Source: Octopus vulgaris
Taxonomy: Eukaryota
Assembly (NCBI GenBank): GCA_951406725.2
Contig: OX597818.1
Span: 73,656,001 to 73,720,000 of the forward strand
Reading direction: 5' to 3'
DNA: 64,000 nt
Each line of letters starts with the position of its first letter. The first letter of the stretch is position 1. Below the pieces are notes generated by a model. The model had not been told where the DNA came from, searched no databases, and saw only the letters and a list, made by a program, of their open reading frames with translations. The position numbers and the translations under genes were made by a program. Positions 27,403 through 41,825 of the stretch are shown one piece after another.

Positions 27403-28869
27403 AACACGCCTGCAGTTAGTACCCGTCAACATGCGGATTGGATCAAAGTTGCGTTGTTGTACCTACACCTCTGGTTATACTTTTTGTAAACAATTTTTAA
27501 CCACCTCCAGGAAATTAAGGTGTTAACGTTAGGTAACGTTTTTAAGTAGATAATTGAAACAGAAGCTGAATGTGATCTTATCGATTTACCAACAGCTAAA
27601 TCATCTCAGAACTTTAACCTGCAGAGAACTTCATTTCTTTCTGTCACACACACAGAATCAGTCGACAACTTCACCAGTGCATATGAAGTTTTCGATCTGA
27701 CATTCCATATCCAAAAGTCCCAGTTCCTCGGAAAACTCACTCTGAAAATCGGCCTTTCTGGAACAAATAAATAACGTTGCATAGCACGGAGGTTTTCTTC
27801 CCAACAAATGCATTTTACAAAAAATGTGCAACACATACACACAAACACACAATATTTGTTAGGTGAAGGCAACCAAGCTGAATCTAAGAAATTGCTGTCA
27901 ACTTTGTTCCTAGAAAATAAAATATGCGATATATCGCTTCGAAGCTCCAGAAGGTAATTCAGTTAATGATTATTTATATTTGGTATCTCTGTACATGGGC
28001 ACAAATTCACCCACATACTCACACACCCACACACACCCACACTTACACACACTTCCATCCAGCCATCCAGTAATCCAGCCATCAACTCATACATACATAC
28101 ATGCATACACACACATATATACATACAGTCATACATACATACATACATACATACATACATACATACATACATACATACATACATACATACATACATACAT
28201 ACGTATGGACAAGTACTTCGAAATCCCAGTTGCTATGTCTAGATTATAAATTCACATCTGTACCAATAATAATTGGTACACATGCTTTTTTGTGTTTGAT
28301 GCCTAAGTGATAATCTGCATAACCTAGGGTCTACAGAAAAAGAAATCAATCAAGTAACTCTCATTACAAATACAATTTATAAGTAGACCAGTCAAAATAT
28401 ACAACATTTTTCTCAAGTTCAAAATGTGACTATGTCTAAATCCAACGATTGAGCTTTGTATCTTTTCTAAAAAACAGCTCCTTCGAAGTGGAAATATTTA
28501 ATAATTAAAACAGAAGATTGCATACATACAACACACAGCATAATAATTCAATTACTGCAAGAGGTTCTGATGTTGATAAGCATTCTTGAAGCATTACTAA
28601 TCTCAAGAAACACAGTTGCCTCCTGTTAAATCACTTGTCCATTGTATTTTAATGGTTATATCCCGAGTAGAACGATAAAAGCATCACATTTGCTTTACAG
28701 CTCTAATGCCGTCTTTCTTTACTCCATTTGTTTCTCTTTATTAAAAAAACGCTGTTGCTATAGCCTTTGTCTTTTGTTTCGATCTTTAGACTGCGGCCAT
28801 TCTGGATCAGTTCTTTTAGAGTTGTAGTTGAAAAAGTTACACCCGGAGCTAATGTGTTTTTACTGATAG

Positions 28870-29666
<797 letters not shown>

Positions 29667-30741
29667 CCTGCCAATATAAGCAAAACACAAATCCTGGCAG
29701 ACACACAATTTGAAAGAGTACCTTTGATGCAAATCTGAAGATTTACCACTTTGATGCAGAAATCCGTATATATTGCGTAAATCTTCACTTGGTACTATTA
29801 CCTGAACTGGCGTTGAAAATAGAGTTGGCACAAAAGCTATTGTAAATGGCCATTAAAGATGTGATACAATCTTTCTTTGTGTCCTTATTTCAATTATATT
29901 TTATTCTTCGCTAAACATATACAATAAATTTCCTGTTGTGACACACGGAAGTGCATATAGCCTAAAGCTCGGGTTCAGTGCCGCGTTGGAAAAATCCCAT
30001 CTGTCTACCTTTAATGAAGAAATCTGTATATGTATGTATGTATATATGTATGAGTGGATATACATGTGCGTGTGTGGGTGGGTGGAGGTGCTGTATGTGT
30101 GTATGGTTCCATGTATATGAGTATGTTTGTTCAGTATGTACATATGGATGTATGAAAACTTTTACTGAACACGAAGTATGACACCATGTTATGAGCTATG
30201 AAAATAACAATAATCACTTTCAACAGATTCTACTTATGATCAGTATTGGAAATAACAAGAAAAGGAATGTAATATTTGGTGACTTATTTCAGAAAGCAAC
30301 TGTATATCCGACTTAGAAGCATATGAAATAGCACTTAACAAATTGTAGCTGCTAGATATTTCATTCTCTAAGTCGAGCCAATCCTGGTAACAACTTTGTA
30401 TTCGTACAATATATTTAGTTCGTAAGATGATTGATATATTTATATATGATAAGGAACACAGCAAAGTACCACTAAGAGATTTATTTGACTGCGTACAAAA
30501 TATACATTTGTTTAACACCGTAAAATGCTTTCCAGGTATCCATGCTGTCCTCAAATAACTCTTAAAATCGAAATGCACTCTTCAAAACTTGTACTAAGAA
30601 TAATATCAAAGTAAGATTACTACCTGGTTTTATAGCAAGTTGATGCGAGTAGTTTATCTCGTCCCCCTCCGACTTTTAGTACATGCAATTGAAAAAAAAC
30701 CCACATTAGTTATGGGATGACCCAATATATGAGTATACTCT

Positions 30742-30961
30742 TTTACTACTTTTACTTGTTTCAGTCATTTGACTGCCGCCATGCTGGATCACCGCCTTTA
30801 GTCGAATAAATCACCCCCAGGAGTTAATCTTTGTAAGCCTAGTACTTACTCTACCTGTCTCTTTTGCCAAAGATTTAGCGGACGTAAACACATCAACATC
30901 GATTGTGAAGAGATGGTGGCGTGGAACAAACACAGACACATGAATACATACATATATACAT

Positions 30962-30993
<32 letters not shown>

Positions 30994-31125
30994 TACGGAA
31001 CTATATATATATATATATACATTCAGTTTCCATCTGCCAAATCCACTCACAAGGCCTGGGGCTATAGCAGAAGACATTTTCCCAAAGTGCCACGCAGTGT
31101 TACTGAAACCGGAACCATGTGGAAC
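30742..31125 (-). mobile_element. OK-like SINE, near full length
   Basis: Reverse match to 7085-7480 including the internal microsatellite and 3' tail. Confidence 0.88.
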
Positions 31126-32492
31126 AACACACCAACTCCTGCACTTATATACTGTGGGAGGGAGCTTCCATGCACAGATTTGCACTTACAGGGTATTTAT
31201 CCACCTCTACCGAAAATGCCCCCACAACAATATGTCGCTATTGAGTAAAAATTTGCGCCTTCATACACGACATTGGAATTCGTATTGTAACATATATCGA
31301 TTAGACAAGTGTTTTTATTTCCATTAAATTTGAGAATTATACATGGAAGAAACTTAATACTCACCAATAAATAAAATTCTCCATAAACGATTAAGTGGTC
31401 TTTCATACTTGCATTGAATCAGGTTTCAAATGCCAATGATGTCCAATCTGCATTTTGTCATTTCACAGGGGACAAAATGTACAAATCCAAGATGGTGTAC
31501 TGGCAAAAACTGAACGAAATTTGAACCGGATGCCCTGTTGTATCTATTCTGATTCTTCGTGTGCTGATTTGAAATCACACCACTTGGCCTACTTGTGTAT
31601 TAGTCATAATTTGTCAACTATTTTAGCACCACCACCAACACCACCATCTTGGCTGTTTTAGCAGCTCCAGACATTTTGCTATATTTTCGTCCTGATTTTT
31701 AGTTTGAGATTAACTTTCTTCCTCCCAATTCTCGGATGCCGTTGACGTAGGTTTCTCTTTGACTAAAAGATAAACTTGCACTATTAATTAGCTACAGAGC
31801 AAGTAAGTTTAATAATACATGGACCCATTTTACAAAGTATACATGTGAGTGTCAATAACAAAATACTTGCCGAATTATATAAAAAATATCTAATACTTCC
31901 AAAACCAACAGCCCCAATTGTGGTTTTAACAATATTTCTTATGTAACAAAGCGTATATCTCAATCTCACCGCATCTGAAATTTCATGAACGATGTTTCAT
32001 GTAGATCAGTTCACTCATTGTGATACAGTTGTACAAGTACATAAGATATGCATCAGTCACCCACAAACCTGGCTCTAGAAACAACACTCTAAACGTAACA
32101 TCTATCAAATTCATAATATTTTGCCATAAATGGAGAAGCAGAAATAAAGAATTATACGTTATCTGCAAAAATTATTGCTAAACTACTTTGAAATGGAGCG
32201 CACTCTACCGTTTTTAAGATGCAGAAGCATATTATATACACAAATCACTGTATCTCTGGATTTAATCAAATAGATTGATTTATATATTCTATATATGAGC
32301 AGTCAGGATTGATATATGGAAAAGCAAGAAAATTAATACTTTATATATGTAATTACATTGTAAGAAATCATTTTCATCTTTACAAATGCTATCTTCTTAC
32401 TGCTTGGTTCAGGGTAAGTATGAATATGTAATTGTTTTGTGAAATTGTATTTACGTATATTTTGTGAGTATGTATTCATATATGTATAAATA

Positions 32493-33419
32493 CGAGGGGA
32501 AGTCAAAAATTATCCGCACTTTCGCCATAACATAGCACATTGGCTTCTGCGCATGCGCACTTATAGTCGGTACTGTTGTGGTCATATGATCGAAGTTTGA
32601 GCCTGATTACGCCATTTTTCTTCCAGTGAGGGTAATGGTGAACCAGTGAGCTATCATGGCTCTGCCTATCAAATCATCCACGATGAGTTCCGCTTCCATA
32701 GACTCTGTGCAAGACAGGTGCCAAGAGATCTTACTGCATAGCAAAAGCGCAAACGTCACGAGATCTGCCAACGTTTATTCGATCGCTACAACAATGAGGC
32801 GGAGTAACTTTTGAGCAGAATAGTCACTGGAGATGAAACGTGGGTGTATCGTTATGAGGCAAAATCCGAAAGACAGAGTATGGTGTATAAACATCATGGC
32901 TCGCCAGCGCGAAGAAATTCAAGACTCAGTCTTCTGCGAGAAAGGAGAAGCTAACTCTTTTTTGGAGATTCAAAACGGCCATACTAAAGACTCCCTGGAA
33001 AAAAAGGTACGATCAACAGTGCAAGATACAGCACATTGCTACTGGCCAACAAAAAGAAGCGAGCAATTCACACCATATGCTAAAACCTATTGTGGAAAAA
33101 AGTTTTGTTGTTGTACGACAACGCACGCTCACACACGGCCACCCAGACCATTGAAAACATTAACCAATTGTGCTAAAAGCACCCGATGTATTTCAGAACA
33201 TGGCACATCACTGATCTTTCTTCTTCTTTGGTACAAAATGCGAGTGAATCGGCCATGCTGACACTGAAAAGCGAGATAGAAAAAATGCTCCGATGAGGCT
33301 CAACCTTCGAAAACGTGACCACAATAGTATCAACTATAAGCACGTATGAGGAGAAGGCAGTGTGACAATAATAAATGCATGTTATTGAGAAAGTGCGGAT
33401 AATTTTTGACTTCCCCTCC
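32493..33419 (+). mobile_element. Mariner transposon, internally deleted and dead
   Basis: TA|CGAGGGGAAGTCAAAAATTATCCGCACTTTC and matching 30-bp right TIR; CARQVPRDLT, IVTGDETWVY and YDNARSHTA motifs; stops and frameshifts. Confidence 0.93.
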
Positions 33420-34023
33420 GGTCATGCAAAATTAATATTCGGTGGCCCTCTTTCCACTTTAAATAGACTCTTTGTTATGGTTTTGTATCGCAAATAAAAT
33501 CACAGTTAGGACGATGGTATGCAAGACATAGTTCTATAGAGTCTTGCCCGACATTGATTTGTCCACATCTCTAATTCATGCAAATGATTTTCACTTTGCC
33601 CTTACACTGCATGATATTTCGTCATTCATGTCACAATTTATATTTACTATGTTTCCCAAACTAACATACTATTTTCTCCCCTCAAATTCATCACTTAGAA
33701 TCATTTGTAATCTGCTATCGAGTGTCATCTAATACAATGCCAAATAAAATATTTATAATCAGATAATTATTCAAATAAAGTATTTGTGAAAAATAATTTA
33801 CTAATGAGAAAAAAAATGAGATCATGAAAGATATATATAAAATTAATCATAGTCTTATCAATAACAGCTGTAAATGCGTCTAGAAATGATAAAAAAATAA
33901 TACAATTATAGAGCATTTTGCCAAAAATATTCAGTAACTCAAACGCCAAAGATTGTAATCTGACCTATTCAGATATACTTGTAATTAATCTAGTTGTATA
34001 ATATATATATATATATATGTGTG

Positions 34024-34058
<35 letters not shown>

Positions 34059-34060
34059 AA

Positions 34061-34362
<302 letters not shown>

Positions 34363-34842
34363 ATATTTTGTGACTATAATTTTCCCCAGTTTATCATTTT
34401 TATATATATTGATAGTTATAAGTTACGATAGATATTAATTATTATTTCTATTTATTTAGTCTTTTTTGTTATAAAGGGATCTAACGTATTACATTTAATT
34501 TAATTTGAGAATTAATTTTGTTAGACAATATATTATTTGATTATTGGGTGGTATATTTATTAAAAAGTATTAAACTTAAGATAATTAGGTATTATACTAA
34601 TTGATATTTAGTCAACTATATTATAGAGTAATATATAAAATCTATAGATACTAAACATATATATTAATTATATATATTAATTATATAGTTAGCTTATTTA
34701 ATGAGTTTGTCTACATTTGAACGATTTCTTATTTTGATTACATTATTAATAGCTTGTACTAGCATTGTGTAGATTAATTAATTTTAAAGTATTGAATAAT
34801 ATCAGTATTGTTTCTAGTTTTCCCTTAATGTATATTTAGTAT

Positions 34843-34877
<35 letters not shown>

Positions 34878-34881
<4 letters not shown>

Positions 34882-35194
34882 ATGCAATACGAGAGTATTG
34901 CTTTCCAGTAAAGAATAGCCCGTAAGGGAAAATTATACATAGAAGTAAATATATGGCACAACGAAGTACCGATATTTAATGGAAAATAGCGAACGTAATA
35001 ATACGACGCTAATGTATAGCTTCACCGCGTATGTACTAGCAAAAATGTTCTCCCTAGAAGTAAGACAATTTTTTTCAAGTTTGTTGCACACGCGCATTTT
35101 TGCTAGTACATACACGGTGAAGCTATACATTAGCGTCGTATTATTACGTTCGCTATTTTCCAGTAAATATCGGTACTTCGTTGTGCCATATATT

Positions 35195-35196
<2 letters not shown>
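34878..35196. repeat. TA-flanked fold-back unit with 102-bp inverted arms
   Basis: 34946-35047 vs 35095-35196, 2 mismatches, 47-bp spacer. Confidence 0.92.
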
Positions 35197-35254
<58 letters not shown>

Positions 35255-35258
<4 letters not shown>

Positions 35259-36390
35259 GTATATTTATTAATTAATTATCTTATTATTCTAGTTTATTTT
35301 TATCCTGATGAGTGGATATATTTATATCGATGGGATTTTACTACTACTATTAATACATCTATCGTACAATGCTGTACAATATAAGGCTTGGTTCTTTCAA
35401 CATGAAGTAATTGCCGGTTTCATATCGCTCATCAAACTGAGAGTTGAAAGAGATAAATTGATCCGGGGCAAAAATATTGCTAGGGGAGATAATTGTTCGC
35501 TCATATTTTTGCTGTAAAGGGGAGATAAATCTCTGTTTTGTTTTTGATCGCCTTTGTCTTTTCAGTTTTATTCTGGGTTACATCTTCCATTAGATGAGTT
35601 AAGTCCTTTATTTTTAATATGGGTTCATATTTAATTCTGGTTTATATTTTTTGGATAAATGAGGTTTCTTTATTCAGTCTTTCTCGTGTTGAGGTCCCGA
35701 ATGCAAGTTGATAAAATGGGAAAATTTCGAATTGTGTTTGTAATCGTTCTGCACATTCGTCAATGTGTTGATTGAGGTTTATTTGGCGAAATTTCTTGTT
35801 TGTGGGCCATACATCTCTTTAGGAACGAATTTCCTGTTGAGCCAGTATAATTTCGATGGCAGCCCGAGCATCTGTATACGTAAGTGAGGTTTCGGGAGGC
35901 GCAAGTGAAGTTAAACTTGATTTTGAATATTTCTCCATGTCTGTAACGGAATTCCGCCTTAATTGCGGACATATTCCGCAATTAAGGCGACCACATTTTA
36001 CGACTCTTGCATCAGTTTTTCAAGAGACTAGTCTGACATTAGTGAGAATTTTCTTCAAGGACTTAGGCAGTTTGTTACTGTTAATGATTTTATTGTTACG
36101 TAGAATCTCCTTATGGTTGAGGTCCCTATGAAGTATTGGAACATTTTGGACAATAATATTGAATGCTTTTTTGATTTTAGTGTTTTATGTGGAGATATAA
36201 TTTAGTACTTTGAAGGTAGATGTGTTGTTGTATTTGGCTTTTCTTAATGTTTTAATATTGATTGATGTTGTACTTTTAATTCTATCATTTATGAAGTTAG
36301 TTGGGTAGTGCATGTCCTGGAGTACATTTTTAAGCTATTGCAATCTTAGTTTTCTGGTAGTTTTTTTAAACAATAGAAACACCATTGATT
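35255..36390 (-). pseudogene. Penelope-like element 3' end: Zn-linker, GIY-YIG endonuclease remnant and pLTR
   Basis: KCGRLNCGICPQL; FTCASRNLTYVYRCSGCHRNYTGSTG..KRCMAHKQEI; degenerate hammerhead TTGATGA..GAAACCGG at 35409-35438; tail ends in (TA)n. Confidence 0.85.
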
Positions 36391-36793
36391 AACTCTAAAA
36401 GAGCTTATTAATGTGAAGTGAAATTCGAAAACTTATGTTTAATGCAATAACAGATAAGTATTAGAGCAAACTTGAAATGGATGTGTTTGTCAGCGTAGAG
36501 GCAGTGATACAGAGTTAAGATTATCAAAAAGTTAGCAAACTGACCCTGTGATATATTTATGTGTATATATATATATATATATATTTTTATAATTATATAT
36601 ATATTTATAAGTTTTATACTTATATGTACGTGTAGATATGTATAATCATATATATATGCGCACACACACAAATACACACACACTCACACAAACATACACG
36701 CACACACACACACACATATATATACGACGGGTCCCTCCAGTTTCCCTCAACGATATCCACTGACACTGTGCTACGCATAGGACTGAAGCCGGA

Positions 36794-36876
<83 letters not shown>

Positions 36877-37060
36877 TGAGAGTCTCCTTATTTACCTAAA
36901 TTCTATTATTCTATTTATTCTTTTATCTACTTTATCACTGATTCCTTTGTCCACTCCCCTAAGAATGATAGTTTGCGCCATGCCTACCCCAAAAAGTCCC
37001 CCACCACAACCCCTTTAAACCTGTCTAAATGTATAAATGCCAAAACTATTCTTGTCACCT

Positions 37061-37103
37061 AGCTTCCTGATGATTTCTTTTGAATGAAACAGTTCTAGAA
37101 GCT
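37061..37103 (+). ncRNA. Minimal type I hammerhead ribozyme motif
   Basis: AGCTTC-CTGATGA-TTTC-TTTT-GAAT-GAAA-CAGTTC-TA^GAAGCT; perfect 6-bp stem I and intact core, but weak stems II and III; followed by AATAAA and (TA)n. Confidence 0.6.
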
Positions 37104-37465
37104 TCTTCTATAAAATAAAATAAAATATATATATATATATTTGTTGAAATGGAAAGATGAATTATCTTGTTACGTATTATTGTCTCGCACCTAAAAAATA
37201 CACCCTGAATTCTTAAAATATTCAGAACATTAACTTTGGTCACACAGAACATCTCCACACCCCTTGTTCTCATTAATTCCTCACCTACTAGATTTGACCG
37301 CGGCCTGACCTGGATTTATTCCAACGGACCTTTTGTCGGCCCCCACCAACCCCCGAGTTCAACGTACATTGATAAACATTTTGCCCATGGGCTCTTAAGG
37401 AGCGTCCTCGTTCGAATTGCTTTGCTGCGCCTTTGTTTTGTTTTGTTCTGACAACGTAATTCCTG

Positions 37466-37550
37466 TTTTTACCTGAAGAGAAAGCTGCAATATGGTATCC
37501 TTATTTAATCAGAATTTGGAAAATTGTGGCCTTTGAAACATGTGTAGAAT
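37466..37550 (+). ncRNA. Type I hammerhead motif with long stem II
   Basis: CTGAAGA (37473-37479), GAAAGCTGCAAT/ATTGTGGCCTTT 12-position stem (1 mismatch), GAAA (37535-37538), AC-ATGT-GTA; stem I damaged; AATAAA and (TA)n follow. Confidence 0.55.
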
Positions 37551-37603
37551 GTAATAAAAGGAATTCTGTACAATATTCGTTCAACTCCATTTCTTCCATT
37601 CAC

Positions 37604-37650
<47 letters not shown>

Positions 37651-38239
37651 TCATACCTACATACATACTCATACACACCATTAGACACACATACAAAACA
37701 GTCTAGATGAGTATAAACCTGTTTCCCTACTTTTGCACCGTACACATGTACCAAATCTCATCATAATTTCCTCATATAATAGACTGTTGTTCATCTTTAG
37801 TATTATGTTCCTATGCAGAATAATTAAAATTGTTATATCTTCTTTGCTCCCTAAACAATTTCTATTTTATCTATATGCATTGTAGCTAAAGAAATAAAAT
37901 TACATTTTAAATTCAATATTTACTATGCCACTTGCAAGTCATAATTCTATAACGCTATTAACTGATACATTCACAAATGGTTTTCTATAACGATATATAT
38001 TTACATTCCATCATTTGAACAAATACTTCGTATGACATACCTTCATACATAGACGCAGGCGCATACATACAAATATACTCATATTTATATAGACGTGCAT
38101 ATTTAATATATTAACAAGATATATATGTGTGTTTATACGTACATATATATACATAGATAATTATATACACACACACTCACACATATATATATATGTATAT
38201 ATGTGTATATTCATGTGTGAGTGTGTATGTGTGTATGTG

Positions 38240-39205
38240 CGTTTATGTTCAATTATCATTAAAACAATTTTTCATTAATATTATGGGTTACTCTGAACTT
38301 TTGTAGATACAAATTTATTATACTTAAACAAGAATATTTTTGATAGTAACTTCGATTTTCCCAACGGCTAAGCCATCATCGGATTGCGATGCACTGAAGT
38401 TAATTGTAACTTTATATATTGTCAGTTCAGTTCAAATCTTCTTTTCGGCGTGTGTATTCTGGGGCAACTCTTAGCAGCACGGATTGTGATGGAGACGTGT
38501 TTTGAGGAAATGTTTATTGCTTAAATTTGGTTATCCAATTGTTGGGAACTTATTCATGTACATTTCCCTGTAAGTAGATCTGTATTTAAGTGAGGGCACT
38601 TCAGATCATGGAATAATCTTTTTAGTCGTTCACCAAAAGAATGTGGGAAGGTTTTTGCTGTTTTGGATTTTATTGGATATAAGCATCTGCATTCACAATC
38701 TAATGGTCAAAGTTTAGTCCAGTATTAAAAAAAAAGAAACATTAGATGTGCCAACTATTTGTAAGAGTTCACAAAATAATATAAGTATTATTTAGCGGCT
38801 AAACGTAAGTACGATATTGCGGGTAAATTTAAGTATGATTTAGCGGGTAAATTCACTTACTCGTTATTATTTCGTGTATATACCGTTTGTATTTGGAAGG
38901 TGGTGTTTATTAGTCGGGCATGTTAAGGTGGTGTTAGTATAGAAATTGGTTTTTCTTGTGCTTCGGTGTTAACAAGAGGATGTAGGTAGTTGTAAGGATT
39001 GGTACTCTATATATTGGTCTCTCTAGGCGTTCATTATTCGATGAGAAATTTCATTAATATGTGGAAATTTTAACCAGAATTTGTATTAGTATGGTTGTGA
39101 GTGTGGGAGTGTTTTTCAGTTGAAGCTAAACATAATATTTTTACATTCGGATGTCCATATATGTTTGGATAATGAAATATCATTGATCCTGTTTCGGTTA
39201 GGAAA
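38240..39205 (-). mobile_element. Decayed Penelope-like GIY-YIG/pLTR remnants
   Basis: Minus ISLSKHIW..SQPY (39090-39200); CCGATGA-T-GGC-TTA-GCC hammerhead-like half at ~38360-38385. Confidence 0.5.
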
Positions 39206-39358
39206 TATGTGTGCGTGTGTGTGTGTGTGTGTCGATTGTATTGTGTCAAGAACTGGTTTGCTGAAAATGCTATATATGTACATTTGCAAGATGGTGTCGT
39301 GTTTACCGGTTCTCTATATGCGAATTGAAATCACTACCTTACGTTCATGAGAGCAACC

Positions 39359-39596
39359 TATTTCTTTTTCTTTACTACCCACAAGGGGCTAAACACAGAG
39401 AGGACAAACAAGGACAGACAAACGGATCAAGTCGATTACATCGACCCCAGTGCGTAACTGGTACTTAATTTATCGACCCCGAAAGGATGAAAGGCAAAGT
39501 CGACCTCGGCAGAATTTGAACTCAGAACGTAATGGCAGACAAAATACGGCTACGCATTTCGCCCGGTGTGCTAACGTTTCTGCCAGCTCACCGCCT
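39359..39596 (-). mobile_element. Full-length Meta-domain-like tRNA SINE with 15-bp TSD
   Basis: TSD TTCATGAGAGCAACC at 39344-39358 and 39597-39611; B box GAGTTCAAATT; core GCCTTTCATCCTTTCGGGGTCGATAAATTAAGTACCAG. Confidence 0.93.
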
Positions 39597-39761
39597 TTCA
39601 TGAGAGCAACCACTTAACCGCTAGGTCATGTACCTGCACACATACAGAAATGCCCACACGCATACATATACATACTTGAGTGTGTGTGTGTGTATATCTT
39701 ATATATTGATATTCACACCAATCAACCTGCATATGCATATCACGCCAGTTAGCTAAATAGA

Positions 39762-39801
<40 letters not shown>

Positions 39802-39820
39802 TAGATAGATACATAGATAC

Positions 39821-39891
<71 letters not shown>

Positions 39892-40752
39892 CAGACCGAC
39901 AGACAGACGGACGGTCGGACGGTCGGACGGACGGACAGACAGACAGATGGATATCATTTTCTGCTTTACTGCTTTGTCGCAACATATCTCAGATTATATT
40001 GGTGTGTGCGTGTAAAAGTGTGCACACGCGTGAAAAACACACCTTTAAACATTACCGTTTATATGCATATCACGTCACAATTTTGCCAAAAAGTTGAATT
40101 TCGAGCAGATTTACCTGAAAGATAAATGAAAAAACTTTAATTAGTATCATATACAAATCAAACAGTAAAAAAACTATTTCACTTAGGATTTCTTGAAAAA
40201 TGTTGATTGATATTTTGTATTTTATCTTCTAAAACGAATGGAACATTGATAGACGATACATACTCCCTTTTTCATGTTTAACCTTTAGCAGTGTATTTAT
40301 TTTTTCTTAAAAGCTTATTCCAGAAATTTCACCTAAATATATTTACATATATAGATTTTTCAAATATTTATTTTTCTATTTTTACAAAATAAAATTATCG
40401 GTGAAAATTATATTATGTGCATAAAACATTGAGGGTATTAGTAAATTGAGACATGATCTCATTCCTATAATTATTTAAGGATCCGGAAAATATTTCCCTT
40501 TCCCACCTATATTTCAAAAGCTGCGAAACTATGTTCATATATTTAGAAGAGCTTTCTTTCTATGGCATAACTTAAATGCCACAAACTTTCAATGGACTAT
40601 GTAGAAAGAAAATATATATTAGCAAACACCTCAAGCTGTCACGTCATCGACCTTATCTGAATCGCCAATTTTACCGAATGAGTATATATGTGTATACATG
40701 ATATATGTATACATGAATATGTATATATGTTTATATCTACATACACACACAC

Positions 40753-40783
<31 letters not shown>

Positions 40784-40959
40784 TGCACACGCACACACAC
40801 ACATATATATATTTATGAAGATTTGGCGAAAAGACACTTGACAATAAATCAAAACCATTCAATTCCAAGATATATTTATGTTTATCAACTGAATGAATTT
40901 AATAAAAGCATCTAAATATGAAACATCATGAACATTATTCAAACTGAAGTCCTTCTTGA

Positions 40960-41120
40960 GCGATGCTGGTGTGTTTACGTCCCTGCAACCTAGCAGTTTG
41001 GCAGAAGGGAACGATTGAATGAGCAACAGATTACAAAGAATAAGTCCACGAGTCGATTTCTTCGACAATAAGGCGGTGTTCCAGCGTAGCCACAATCAAA
41101 TGATTGAAACAAGTAAAAGA

Positions 41121-41123
<3 letters not shown>
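40960..41123 (+). mobile_element. OK-like SINE, 3' part
   Basis: Matches 7305-7466; tail passes into (TAGA)n. Confidence 0.85.
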
Positions 41124-41199
<76 letters not shown>

Positions 41200-41689
41200 T
41201 CACAAAATATCCTTCGAAATAAAAAATATGCACAATTCTAGGTCTGTTATACGTTATAACCATCGTAATCATAACTAGTTAAGTATAATCTTTGTAGGCT
41301 GTGATTTAATTTGACGTACGAAAATTATTTTAACATCATTATCGTTTACTTTAAACTGCAGAGAATAAAAACGAAAGCCAGACATAAAGAAAATATATGA
41401 GTGGAAGAAACACTGGTCGGTACCGACTACAATGTCTTTATAAAAAGTACAGCGCGATCACAACTGAATCAGAGTTAAACTTAAACAACAGAATTAATAA
41501 TTTCAAAGCTTTGTGTGCCAAGCATGTAAAAATACATGGCAGAATATTTTCCTGTTGTAAATGACAAATGAATATTCCGGCTCTTCTTGCTGAACAACTA
41601 GCACAGATTCGTTTATATTACTGTATATTAGTTCACTCCCTCCATGAAATCGTTATTGTTTGTAGAGGTGCACAGTGTACCATATGTCA

Positions 41690-41825
41690 GTTGTGAGAGA
41701 GATCACAGAGCAACGTGAAATGAAGAGCTTCGCGCAAGAAGATATGGGAGCGCTCGGTCCGGGAAACGAAACCACGATCTAACAGTTGTGAATGCAACGC
41801 CCCCTAAACGCAAAGCTACGCATCT
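41690..41825 (-). mobile_element. Degenerate OR-like SINE head
   Basis: Reverse similarity to 14301-14420 (GAGCAACGTGAAAT..CAAGAA..CCGGGAAACGAAACC). Confidence 0.5.

Noticed and set aside
35301-35340. Plus-strand CTGATGA with a GATATA/TATATC stem
   Set aside because: Followed by GGGA instead of GAAA; no stems I or III
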